Source: Octopus vulgaris
Lineage: Eukaryota
Length of the DNA stretch: 64,000 nucleotides
Direction of reading: 5' to 3'
NCBI GenBank assembly: GCA_951406725.2
Contig: OX597816.1
Location: 21,514,001-21,578,000, forward strand
Part shown: piece by piece, positions 13,312 to 25,863 of the stretch
Position numbering within the stretch: position 1 is the stretch's first letter
How the letters are laid out: every line of letters begins with the position of its first letter
Position numbers and translations under genes: made by a program
The notes under the pieces: model-generated
What the model saw: the letters and a program-made list of their open reading frames with translations, nothing else
Database searches by the model: none
What the model was told of the DNA's origin: nothing

Positions 13312-14576
13312 ATAGCTTAAAGGTTTCACAAAAGAGACTAATAAAATATTAGACCTAAAAAATAATAACTGAAGTCAATTTGTGTAACTAAATCCTTCGG
13401 ATGCTGAAGCAAATAAAGGATATATGAGAAGAGTTTTATAGACACTACAAGGCAGTGTCTTTCAGAAATGTTGCTAATAGAATTTGGCCTCATAACTAAT
13501 GCAGAGTTTTGCAGCAATGTTAACATAGATTTTTGTGGCAATGCTGCTACATATGCCAGCTGAAATATAAATAAGGTAGTTTTGCAACAATGCAAGCATA
13601 AAGGTTTGCATAAATTTCAATGTAGATGCTTGCAGATATGCTATTGTAGAATTTTTCACAATGGCCATGTAGAATATTACTGTGAATTAATGTATTTCTT
13701 CGCTTTTTTTTGGTCTTGAAAATATGCTAATATTCATGTTTTATAGCTATGATTAATATGCTCTTTTGCCGCAGTTATTGTGTTAATTTTTTTCTGACAA
13801 TCTGAAGGGTAAAGTCGCAACTATAGTAATGTAATTTATGAGAGAATAAAGCTTTATAGTAATCACTAATATCAACTTCCATATAAATGCTAATTTAGAT
13901 TTTGACAGATACATTTATTTAGAGCATTATACCAATCTCAGTATAGTCTTTACAACGCAAAAAGCTAAGGAATGCATATATAGGTTAAATATTATCATAT
14001 TCTTCTCAATTTTTGTATAAAACCTTATCAGAATCGTATATTAACAAATATTCCAACGTGCATGCCATTACATTATAGATTAACTTGTTAGCAATATAGA
14101 AAGAGCAGCTAAACAACTATAAAATAATAGTTTAAAAGTAGAGAAGCTCACATCGAAATTATAATTTGTGACCTATGATTTGATGGAAAATTAATGATTG
14201 AATTGCCTTTGATCGTCAGTTTCCTCCAGAGAGATGAACTATTGCTAAATAAAAATTACTAAAATAGCGATAAGAAGAAATAGGAAATAGAATTCTGTTT
14301 TTAAATCAGTGTATTGGAATTCAGCTATATGTAAAAAAAATAACATATATTATTCAGTTAAGATGGTGGATACAATTTACATGCAATAATTCTCTAATTA
14401 TGGTATTTAAATATAGTTTTATCCCTACAAACCACGACTATAGCATAAGGCGAGTTTGCAAAAAGTACAATCGAAGTATCTTGCTGTTAATATGGAACAA
14501 AATGAAACTGGAAAGCTAGTCTTCAACAATTATTTGGGGGACGTGTTGATGTTGTTGCCGTCCCTGATCTTGTTTG

Positions 14577-15140
14577 TCTTCTTCTTCTTCTTCTTCTTCT
14601 TCTTCTTCTTCTTCTTCTTCTTCTTCTTCTTCTTCTTCTTCTTCTCCCCTTCTTCCTCTTCCTCCGCCACTTCTTTTTCTTCTTCTCTTCCCCTTCTTCT
14701 TCTTCTTCTTCTTCTTCTTCTTCTTCTTCTTCTTCTTCTCCCCTTCTTCTTCTTCTCCTCCTTTCTTTCTTCTTCTCCTCCCCTTTTACTTCTTCTTCTT
14801 CTACTTCTCCTTCTTCTTCTACTTCTTCTTCTCCCATTCTTCTTCTTCCTCCGCCACTTCTTTTTCTTCTTCCCTTCCCCTTCTTATTATTCTTCTCCTC
14901 CTCCCCTTCTCCTTCTTCTTCCCCTCCCCCTTCTTCTTCTTCTTCTACTTCTTCTTCTCCCCTTCTTCTTCCCCCGCCATTTCTTTTTCTTCTTCTTCTC
15001 TTCCTCTTCTTCTTCTTATTCTCCTCCTCCTCCCCTTCTCCTTCTTCTTCCTTCTACCCTTCTTCCTCTTCTTCTTCTTCTTCCTCTCTTCCCCTTCTTC
15101 TTATTCTTCTCCTCTTCCTCCCTTCTTCTTCTTCTCCTTC
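14577..15140. repeat. (CTT)n/(CCT)n polypyrimidine tract with higher-order blocks
   Basis: Direct reading; ccgcca(c/t)ttctttttcttctt recurs three times. Confidence 0.95.
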
Positions 15141-15586
15141 TACATTTCAACATGGCCGTGGTCTCTCAGATGGTATTTTCTGCTACGTATGCAACAGGTC
15201 AAACTTCGTCATCATTCTGTCTGTGTAAACCTGGGATCTTTGTTACGGAATCCAGAAACAATTAATGAACTTTCTTGTGCCTGTCGACACCACCTGACAA
15301 TATGTCGTTATATTTTAATTGGCCCTCACCTTCTAACTGGCATTGTATCGCAAATGTGACCACAAAGTTTCAACGCTTCAACTAACATCTTTTGCTACTA
15401 CTCTCATATTACCGCATTCAATAATATTGTAGCAACCGCTTATGAGCAACTCACCATTTCAACATCCTTTCGTGACTTATTGTAGTTTTCAAAGACTTGA
15501 TACGCTCTTCCATCTCCTCATCCAGCCGTTCAAGAATTTGGACCTGGAGATCTCCATTTCCAGCGACTTCGAGAGCCACCTCCCAG

Positions 15587-15789
15587 AGAGCCCTCGACTA
15601 CAACATGACGACCAAAATTTTTTTTTCCCAAGGTCTGGGGTTTCCCGCTCCTAAGCCTTAGGCCATCACCTAATCACCAGTGGTGCCGGGCATCACGAAG
15701 AGCCCTCGACTACAACAAGACGACCAATGTATTTTTTTCCAAGGTCTGGGGTCTCCCGCCCCTAAGCCCTAGACCATCACCTAATCACC
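15587..15789. repeat. Tandem duplication with 112-bp period
   Basis: agagccctcgactacaaca..ccaaggtctgggg..ccatcacctaatcacc at 15587 and 15699. Confidence 0.85.
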
Positions 15790-15908
15790 CTTACCCGCCT
15801 TGTTGCTTAACAACAACAACAATCTCCTCGTCCATTCTTGTCTATATAGAATACAACGTTCAATGCATAATCTAATGCTTCCCGTAATTGTTCATACGAG
15901 AATATATC

Positions 15909-16140
15909 TATTTCTTTACTACCCACAAGGGGCTAAACACAGAGAGGACAAACAAGGACAGACAAACGGATTGAGTCGATTACATCGACCCCTGTGCGTA
16001 ACTTGTACTTAATTTAGCGACCCCAAAAGGATGAAAGGCAAAGTCGACCTCGGCGGAATTTGAACTCAGAACGTAACGGCAGACGAAATACGGCTACGCA
16101 TTTCGTCCGGCGTGCTAACGTTTCTGCCAGCTCGTCGCCT
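15909..16140 (-). mobile_element. tRNA-derived SINE family B, monomer
   Basis: Head ggcgacgagctggcagaaacgttagcacgcc, B box gagttcaaattcc, tail gccccttgtgggtagtaaagaaata; TSD tcata(c/t)gagaatatatc at 15892-15908 and 16143-16159. Confidence 0.9.
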
Positions 16141-16231
16141 TGTCATATGAGAATATATCGATGCTCCCTTGCTATTAGCAAAGGAGACTGGTCAACTGGT
16201 CATCTTCCTCACGCAAGGAAGGAAATGCTTT

Positions 16232-16286
16232 TGTGGCGGTGCTCCAGCATGGCCACAGCTCGTGAGCTGAAACTAGAATCAATCAA
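16232..16286 (+). mobile_element. ~55-bp retroposon 3'-tail fragment (second copy at 19529-19590)
   Basis: tggcggtgc(t/c)ccagcatggccacagctcgtgagctgaaactagaatcaatcaa, similar to the SINE A tail. Confidence 0.7.
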
Positions 16287-16904
16287 CATACAAACTCCAT
16301 CTCCCTTTTTTACTTGATCAATGCCTATATCCTATCATAGTTTGCTTTACAAACAACCGAACTTCTGTAATAAACTTTTGCGTATTTCGGAATAAGCTTG
16401 TTTTTGTTGTTATTCTTCTTGGTAGAAGTACTTTTTGTTTAGTCGTGAAACTTTATATTTTTGGGTGTTAAAATATGGCTGTCATTGTTTGCATGTGTGC
16501 AGTGTTTACATTGTCATTTTATTCTGTTTATCATTTTAATTTTTTTTTTTTTAAATCTGTTTTTTTGCTTAAATTTTCTTTTCATGTATTCGAAAAATAA
16601 TATCATAATTTTCCTCTGAAAGGGTGTATCTAGTGCTACTTCATTCCTAGTTAATACCTCTTATTGCCTCTCTAACAGAGGAAGCCATATTGTAGAGATT
16701 GTAAACATAAAAAAAAATTTTTTTTCAGAGAAAAATAATGGTTAAAAAGTAGACCTATTTTCTCAACCAGGTATGAGATAGAACCTGAAACGCTTAAAAT
16801 TTTTGTTTACAAAATAATCCAAACTAGAAATATTTTTTATTCAGTAAGCCATGGTAATAATACAATTTTCTGGGAGCTATCTTGAGAGAAACATGCACAG
16901 GATT

Positions 16905-16984
<80 letters not shown>

Positions 16985-17153
16985 TACAATAATAATAATA
17001 ATAAAAAGATTGATAATACTAATATTAATAATAATGCTAATAATAATAATAATTACAATAATAATAAAAAGAATGACAATACTAATATTAATAATGATGA
17101 TAAAAAGAAGAATGATAATACTAATACTAATAATAATAATAGTAATAATAATA

Positions 17154-17197
<44 letters not shown>

Positions 17198-17510
17198 TAT
17201 AATAATAATATTATCAATAATAATAATAATGTAATAATTGGTGCATTGGGAGCTATGAGCAAAGATAGAGACGAATGGTTGGTGGAGAATGGAGTAGAAT
17301 GCCCTGTAGAGCTTCTGCAGAATGTTTGCCTGTTAGGGACAGGAAAGATATCAGGAGGGCTTTGAGCACTTGAAGGGCTATTGAATGCTGGTGGATACCA
17401 AAAGTTACATGTAGTAATCCGCTACCTACATAAATGATACAAGGGATGAGAATGAACTTGAGTAAAATCAATAATAATAATAATAATAATGATGATGTCA
17501 ATAATAATAA

Positions 17511-17541
<31 letters not shown>

Positions 17542-17822
17542 AATGATAATAATAATAATGATAATAATAATAATTATAAAAATTATTATTATTAATAATA
17601 ATAATAATAAAAAGAATGATAATAGTAATAATAAAAGTAATAATGATAATAATAATAATAATGAATATAATAATAAAAATTAATAATAATAATAATAATA
17701 ATAATTATTATTATTATTATTACTATTATTATTATGTAATGTCTTATCCTTCACTCGCTAGGTTTTTCACGGCAAGTGATTGTAACAAAAATGCAGATTA
17801 AAAGTAAATAATAATAATAATA

Positions 17823-17890
<68 letters not shown>
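16905..17890. repeat. (TAA)n microsatellite complex
   Basis: Direct reading. Confidence 0.95.
17231..17470 (+). mobile_element. Short 3' end of an RLE-type LINE embedded in (TAA)n
   Basis: VIIGALGAMSKDRDEWLVENGVECPVELLQNVCLLGTGK; (TAA)n on both sides. Confidence 0.75.
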
Positions 17891-17892
<2 letters not shown>

Positions 17893-17899
17893 TAATATT

Positions 17900-18614
17900 A
17901 ATGACCGAGAGCTTAATGAGTTATGTAGAGCATGAGAGTCTAATGAGATACCTAGCCCAAAGTAAGGAAACCTTGTTAGAGACAGTTAGGAACGAGGGAC
18001 TATTGAGAGCAGAGAAAAATGAAGACAAAGGAAGGAAGTACAAAAAGGGCATGAAGAAGAATTACGCTAGAAGGGATTACTCAATCAATTCTATGTAGAC
18101 ACAACAGATATTATTGGAAAAAATAACTGGGATTGGCTGATGAAAGAAACCCTATAAAAGAGACTGAGTGTATTTTATTGGCAACGCAAGACTTTGGCAA
18201 TGAACTGGAGGGTCAAGCTTAGAAATGAGCAAATGTCTCCGATTTGCCGCATCTGTAATAGAGTGAATGAAACCATTGCTCATGTCACGAACGAATGCCT
18301 TAGGCTTGCTCAAAACCACTACAAGTTGTGACAATACGATCAGATAACAAAAGTGCTACACTGAAAACTGTGCAAAAGCGGGGAACTAGAGAGAGACAAG
18401 GTGTAGTATGAGCACAAACCACAGAGAGTATCGGAGTGGTGGAGTCGGAGACTAGCAAAAATCCTCTGGCATTTCCTGAACCAAATAGATCAGGTGCTAG
18501 AGCATAGCAGACCGGACCTAGTGGTGGTGGACAAGCTGAACCACATATGCTGTATAGTTGATGATGCCTGCCCCTTTGACAACACGAATAGTCAAGAAGG
18601 AAGGCGTAACGATG

Positions 18615-18686
<72 letters not shown>

Positions 18687-18985
18687 CAATCCTCTTAAGT
18701 ACGAAATAACCCGGCTATGGAAAATGAGGAAGGTGAAGATAGTGCCAAATATTGTTGGGTCCTTGGGAACAGTATCAGAAGACATCAAGGGGAATATAAA
18801 GGAAATTGGAATAGAATGCCCAGTGGAACTGTTACAAAAGGTTTGCCTCCTTGGCATGGCCAGAATAATCAGGTAAGTATTAGATAGATGAAAAGAACGG
18901 ACAGCATGGTACCGTAGGCTGCAGATACCAAGCTCGCTACGCAAGCAAGGCTCCAGGAGCTCAAAACAAAACCTGTTATAAAGAA
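17900..18985 (+). mobile_element. RLE-type (R4/Dong-like) LINE 3' fragment, decayed
   Basis: SPICRICNRVNETIAHVTNEC (CCHC), RPDLVVVDKLNHICCIVDDACPFD, RYNPLKYEITRLWKMRKVKIVPNIVGSLG, ECPVELLQKVCLLG; multiple stops and frameshifts. Confidence 0.85.
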
Positions 18986-20496
18986 AAAAAAAAAAAAATA
19001 ATAATAGTCAAGATGAAGAGCGCGATTCGATTGCAAGATATTGTTGTGAATAGTTCAGGAACAGTACTTCTTGACCTACTTTGCTTAGCTTGGAGACTGG
19101 AAGTCTACGGTGTAAAGTTATTGTCCTTTATTCTGTCGGATTCACGAAAGAGTGATGGCTTTTGGAAGGACCCCTCCCCTTTTGCCGGTCAAGGAAGGGT
19201 CAAAGAAACTACCTTATAAAAGCAGGAGCTGTAAATCTGAGAGCATTTCCAGCCGGAGAAATTGAGGTAGTAACATGGCAGACGGGATTACGAAGGAAGT
19301 GCAGAGAAAGACAGACACACAGTCATGAGAGATGACAGGCGAGATAGTGACTGGACAGCGTGGAGGAGGACAGACAGATAGTATTACAGGACTAGGGAGA
19401 GAGTGACAGTGACAACGTCGAGAAAGACAGGCAGACGGGATTACGGCCTGAGGCAGATAGGACTACGGTGTGAGGCATTGGCTGTTGTACGGTATGTGTT
19501 GATTATTGAGTTGTATTACTTATGTAAATGGCGGTGCCCCAGCATGGCCACAGCTCGTGAGCTGAAACTAGAATCAATCAATCAATCAATGTAAAAGAAT
19601 TGAACAATGTGAATTGAGTAAAGGACTTGTTGATGTGTTATAAAGGCTGGAAAAGAAATGAGACTGTAAAGACATTGTGAATTAAAGAAAAAGAAAAGAG
19701 TTGTTGAAACCTAAAAGAAAGTAGAAAAAGAGGACTTTGAACTGTAGCGTGAATTGTTGTGACGTTAACATTATTTGATCTGAACTTATTTGTTTGATTC
19801 GACGTGTACTGTTTAAATGCTGTTGTTTTATTGTATCTGCATGTTTAAATGCTTTGATCTGTTGTATACCTGTTTCTTGCATGTGTTTTCTTTAAATGTA
19901 TTTGATGTTGTAATGATTGTCATATAAACTAGTGTTAAATGTAGCCAATTGCCTTCCGCCGTATTTCTGTATCTCTTCCTGTTTGTTGTTGTTGTTATCT
20001 CTGGTCGCCGGTCCTGCCGGGTTCGCTGCCATCCCCACCGAGTTCTCTTTGTGTGGCGAATTCTCCGTTCGACCGAGCTGAGGGTGGTCCGTAACAATAT
20101 TTTATTAGTTTGAACGATATTTCAACAGTAAGTTTGTCTTTGTCAAGTTCAAAATAAGAAATGATAAAAATTCAAAATTATAGACATTTAAATGTAAAGT
20201 ATGAGCGAGAGCAACCAGCGTCCACACTTTGATGGAATGACATCATCAGTCTTAAAGTTTCAATTTTATAACAGGCGTAAAAAGATAGCAAGAAGACAGA
20301 AAAAAAGAGGAAAGAAAAAAGAGAAAAAGAAGAATATTTAATCAAACAGTTTTGTATAAATTTGATGATATTCTCCTATCATTTTATTCATTCCTCCAGA
20401 GCGTGATGTTAATAACCCGCAAACATATTTCTCCTCAAACATTCTGAGAAGTGAAAGTGAAACAGATTCAGAATATTTTCTGAGAATATGAACTTT

Positions 20497-21012
20497 CAAG
20501 TTACTAACTAGATATAGGACACTCCACCCAAAAAGTGACACAGAAAGACTGTATGTACCAAGAAAAAGAGGGGGAAGAGGACTTATTGCATGCGAACACA
20601 GCATTAGAGCAGAAGAAAACAACGTAACATGGTATGTAAAAGATGCTATAGAACCGCTATTATTAGAAGAAGGGAAGGTTTGTGTAGGACGAAAGATTGC
20701 AAAGATAAAGCACTGTGCAAGTAATTGAAAATGAATGAAAACTGAAAACAAGTGGGTAAAGAAAAGAATGCATGGACAATTTCATAGAGATGTTGAAGAT
20801 AAGACAGACAGAGAAAGAAGATGGTCATGAATGATTATAAGTGAACAAATAGGGGTTGCAATAAGGGTGGAGCACTTGCAGAAAACAGCACTGCTTAGAA
20901 CCGCTCGAATACTCCGGAAGGTGCTCGAAAAATAAGGGGTGTTACATTAGTTCACTAGTAATGAACAGCTGACACCGTAGTACATCTCCAGCGTTAGAAG
21001 ATGTGCAAAGGC
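20497..21012 (+). mobile_element. RLE-type LINE fragment with internal deletion; same family as 6076-6735
   Basis: KLLTRYRTLHPKSDTERLYVPRKRGGRGL, MHGQF, then a jump to EQIGVAIRVEHLQKTALL..RKVLEK*; 3' UTR nearly identical to 6657-6735; ends in gat/aat repeats. Confidence 0.85.
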
Positions 21013-21316
21013 AATGATGATAATAATAATGTTTACTTGCTCGTCTTAATCCATTGACTGGGGGTAAAATTGCCGCCTGGCCAAAGATTGTCTTTTTGTT
21101 GCAATAAATGCAACTATGTCTCCGATCTGAGGATCGCTAATTCGCCATTTCCCACAATCTGAGGACATTTGTAAAAGTCACCGTTGTTACCGTTTTATTT
21201 CAACATAAATCATAAATGTAAATGTAAAGAATGAACTTAAAGTGTGGAATGAAACTTATCTGAGAATATTTCACGTTCTCGGTAAAATTATATAAGTATT
21301 AGAGCAATTTAGTTCA

Positions 21317-21702
21317 TCTCTCTATATATAAAGATGAAGTTGTCTGTGTGTGGCAGGTTTGGTAGCCTTCAACTAACACTATCTCCTCTAAGACCCTGCG
21401 GCGCAAGTTGACCAAAATTGAGAGTATGATAGAAAAATGCTTGCTCTTCATTTCGTAGCAGATAAAATTCAAATTGGACCATGTTAACACCAAAAATTAT
21501 TTACATAAAAAAGGTACTTTTTTTTCCATGAAAATCCCTATTTTTTAACGACTGCTGTTTCGCCATTTTTCGGTGTATTTCAACCAGAAAAATGTTCACT
21601 TAAAGAGAATAACAAGCTACATAATGCAAAACTTTTACTTTTCAAAAATTCCAATTCTAAAGGGTCGAAACAAACCCGAGCAACGCCGGGCGATACTGCT
21701 AG
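21317..21702 (+). mobile_element. Non-autonomous Helitron-like element
   Basis: 5' A|TC(tc)tctatatataaagatgaagttgt; 3' hairpin cccgagc-aac-gccggg followed by CTAG. Confidence 0.75.
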
Positions 21703-21719
21703 ATAAACACAACGCTTTG

Positions 21720-22099
21720 AAATTTTGGTTCTAAGTCAGTAGCATTATTTATTATTTTTTTCGGTGTGGTGGGGTAGTCGATTACATCGCCCCCAGGACT
21801 TGACTGGTGCATATTTTATCGACCTTGAATGAATAAATGCTGAAGTCGACCTCGGCTGGATTTGAACTCAGAACGTAGCGGCAGACGAAATACCTATTTC
21901 TTTACTACCCACAAGGGGCTAATCAAGAACAGACAAACGGACGAAGTCGATTACATCGACCCCAGTGCGTAACTGGTACTTAATTTATCGACCCCGAAAG
22001 GATGAATGGCAAAGTCGACCTCGGCGGAATTTGAACTCAGAATATTTTGCTGAGCATTTTTTGTCTGTTGTGCTATCAATTGCGCCAGCTTTCTGCCTT
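21720..22099 (-). mobile_element. SINE family B dimer (young unit within older copy)
   Basis: Two B bodies joined at aagaaata|ggtatttcg (21894/21895). Confidence 0.85.
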
Positions 22100-22748
22100 T
22101 TAAAACATGTAATTTTAATACAATGCTAATCTTATTTTTCTCTTGGTTGTATAGCCTCACGTCAGCTATGTGCGTGTGCACCTATGAAATGTGTAGGTAG
22201 TCGGTTGAGTAGCTACTTGCAACTCGGAAATCATATGCTTTCATATGCAGTGGTAAATCGTGCCAGTTACTTGTAAAGATAACAAAATGATTTCTTTAGA
22301 CTTCAAAAAGCAAAAACCAAGAATCAGAATGAATGAATACTTCAGAAAAATAGCTGAAGTAAATTATAAATAAATATAGTGTTCTTGAAGTCAAGTGAAG
22401 TTGTTATTTTCATTATAAGGAGGTATTAAATCTTGATTTAGAACCAAAATATTAAAAAACAACATTTCTAAACTATGTAAAATAAAAAATCTTTGAACCC
22501 ATCCACATATCCAGTAATTTTTTTTGTTTTTTTTTTCCTAAGTGATCTTCAATATTTAAGACGAATAAATATATAAATATTTAGCTAAAATTGTTTTTGA
22601 TATAAGAAATCTCTTTAAGAGATTAAATTGAAAGACAATGCCAAGAAATGTTATTTAGTATTAACAGTAATTCACTTGTTGTCATTTAAATAAACAAGTT
22701 GTCTCTTTTTTTTTCTATCTTTTAAACACTTGATTCTATTTTTCCAGT

Positions 22749-23340
22749 GAAGGCGCATAACTTAGTGGTTAGAGTAATTCGACTCACCGTCGTAAGTTCG
22801 ATTTCCACCGAGGTCGCATTTGCCTTTCATCATTTTGGGGTCGATAAATTAAGTACATGTTACGCACTGGGGTCAATGTAATCGACTTAATCCGTTTGTC
22901 TGTCCTTGTTTGTCCCCTCTGTGTTTAACCCCTTGTGGGTAGTAAAGAAATAGGTATTTCGTCTGCAGCTACGTTCTGAGTTCAAATTCCGCCGAGGTCG
23001 ATTTGCCTTTCATCATTTCGGGGTCGATAAATTAAGTACATGTTACGCACTGGGGTCGATGTAATCGACTTAATCCGTTTGTATGTCCTTGTTTGTCCCC
23101 TCTGTATTTAGCCCCCTGTGGGTAGTAAATAAATAGGTCGTAAGTTCGATTTCTGACGGCGCATTGTGTCTTTGAACAAGACACTTTATTTTACCTCACT
23201 CCAGGCCACTCGGCTGGCAAAACTAAGAAGCACCCGTGATTCAAAGGGCCGGCCCTGTCTCATTCTGTGTCACGCTGAATCTCCCTGAGAACTACGTTAA
23301 AAGTAGGTATGTCTGTGGGATGCTCAGCCAGGTTAATTTC
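22749..23340 (+). mobile_element. tRNA/CORE-type SINE interrupted by a SINE B dimer (22806-23136)
   Basis: Head aggcgcataacttagtggttagag; 17-bp duplication gtcgtaagttcgatttc at 22789-22805 and 23137-23153; CORE-like tgtgtctttgaacaagacacttt. Confidence 0.85.
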
Positions 23341-23359
23341 GCAGGCATTATGCCAAATG

Positions 23360-23426
<67 letters not shown>

Positions 23427-23763
23427 ACACCATATATCATAGCACTGTGATACACGATCCCTATTGATCGTTTTTTTTCCTCTTCCCCTTTTTTCCCCCT
23501 TTTTTCTTCTTTTTTTCATTTCTCTTTTCTTTTGTTCCTTTTCCTTTTCTTCTTTTTTATTTATTTTATTTTATTTTTTATTTTTATTTATTTATTTAGT
23601 TATTTTGCTCTCCTTTTTCCCTTTTACGATCCCTTTTGATCGAAAACCTACGCCACCTTTTTTTTGTTTCTTTTGTTTTTTGTTTTTTTCATCCCCCAAA
23701 AGAAAAGCTCTACCTTGTAACTTGTCCCATCTATGTGCAGCCCTGTGTGGCCAATAAAGAAAC

Positions 23764-23870
<107 letters not shown>

Positions 23871-25357
23871 ACAAACCAATGAACTAAATAAATAATAAAT
23901 CAGAATGAGATAAACAAAATCTTTGATTTGTTATTTGAAATTTCTTTCTCAAGTCGAAAAGTTTTAATTCTTTTCTTTTCATTTCAATATTTAAAAAATG
24001 TTTTTTTTTCTTTCGTTAGAGTAATTTATTTTACCAATTATTATTTATATGAAATAGGAAAATTTTCAATTTCTCCTCTTTTGCTTGCTGTTGTTTTCGC
24101 GTTTGCATTTTTCTTTCCTTTCTTTTTCTCTCCTTTTTCCAAAGTAGCCTGTAGAGAGAAAATATTTGGCAACAGAGGTATTATATTAATTAAAAATTAC
24201 AAAAAAGAAACTCAAGAATATTATGATTTGTGGGAAGGTAAAAAGAAAACACTTATAAAATAATAAATATTTGTAAATGAAAGTAAATAAATGCAAGATT
24301 ATTTTTATATTTCACAGACTATATTTATAGACTATATTTCAAAATAATAGAATTCGTTATTTTACCCTGAATTCCCATGCCTCTTTATCTGCATTTCTTT
24401 ATCTCTCTTTTTCTCTCTCGTAGTCTCTGTTTATTTCCATCACTTCAGTCTCATTTTTCTCTTAGGCACTGTCACGCTTTACAACTATATAAAACACACA
24501 TAACATACACACATCCACGCCTGCACATAGATCCATAGTTACATGGGCTTGAATGTATTTGCATATATGTGCTTTGAAAACAATGACTAAGTTGAGTACA
24601 ACAGCATTATCACAGATATAGTTTAGTCCCTATATTTTCCTTACCCAACAATACATCTATGATGAAGATATTTAGAATTCATTGTTCCACTTTACAAGAC
24701 TACATGTAGTAATATTTTTGCCGTCGTCCTCACGGTTGTTCACACTAGCCCCAAGTAAGCCATGATTGAGCAGCCCTATATTAAACGAAGTCCGTCTGAC
24801 GAACATTCTGCCTTATTGTCAAACTTAATCCATATGGTCATTCATGACCGAAGGGGGTCTTTACCCTTTTAATCCATCTAGGACTATACTATCGAATTTG
24901 TCTTTAGATTTTCTTTAGAAGCAGTACGTAGGAAGCCGATTTGTAATTACCGAAAAATTCGTGTTTATATCACGCAAGAAAATGTGTTCATAGATTGGTT
25001 ATACAGACGTGGGTGTAGCTACACGTTTAAGAAGTTTTCTTTGGAAGCACATCTCGTTTTGGATTCGTGTTATATCGCAATACTACACAGTGGTTTTGTG
25101 AGCTGCGAAATCCTCGTCGCCACTGCTATGTCGCACGTTCGGATGCCTCTACTACTCAGCTCTGCTCTCTATTACTCTGCTGTGCTCTCTCTATATCTAC
25201 GTATTGGGCTAGCCTACTTCATCGTCTGGGGGCGTCCACAAAACAATTTAGTTCTACTGTGAGTCACTTTGGGCAAGTACCTTCCACTATAGCCCCGAGT
25301 TACACAATACCTTGGAAAAACCCATCTTGTGTGTGTGAGTGTGTGTGTTTGTGCGTG

Positions 25358-25408
<51 letters not shown>

Positions 25409-25863
25409 ATACTTATGTGTTCCTCACCGGTCTTCAGAACCGGAGTGATTTGTTTAATTCCTGTCACACAGCACTTGGCAAAAGAGTTTATGTGAAAAAA
25501 CGCAAGACTTAAAAATGAGACTTAATTTGTTTCGATTAAACCATCGCAAACAGAGTCCCGCACAACCACAGTCCAATGAACGAAACAAATGAAGAATGAA
25601 ACTACAACAGAATATACGTTACTAAAATCTCCATCAAATATTTCATGTTTTATAGGATTCATAGTATTCATTAAAAGACACCTCACTATCACATATGTTC
25701 ATTCTGCATAAGAAATAATAATATAAATGAATATATGCCTATAAATAGATATGCCACACTGTTTTCAATATATATTTGGAGAACAAAGGATGAAAGAGAA
25801 CAGCCACTAGCAATATTTGTACAATATTTGATACTGCACCTTATTCTAGGAATAGACAGAAAT

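Larger units (their letters stand above)
8380..13950. repeat. Highly diverged 24-bp tandem array (consensus ~gcagaaatgctaatgtagaatttt), interrupted by transposons
   Basis: Recurring aatgtagaattttgcag-like units at 24-bp spacing in 8560-9020, 9270-9570, 10145-10520, 12098-12590 and 13460-13690; 8-aa periodicity in ORF 8832..9188 (QNSTLTLL PNSTLILL). Confidence 0.75.

Noticed and set aside
19010-20097. GC-richer block ending in ccgtaaca as an LTR
   Set aside because: No matching 5' end, TSD, PBS or coding remnant could be identified.
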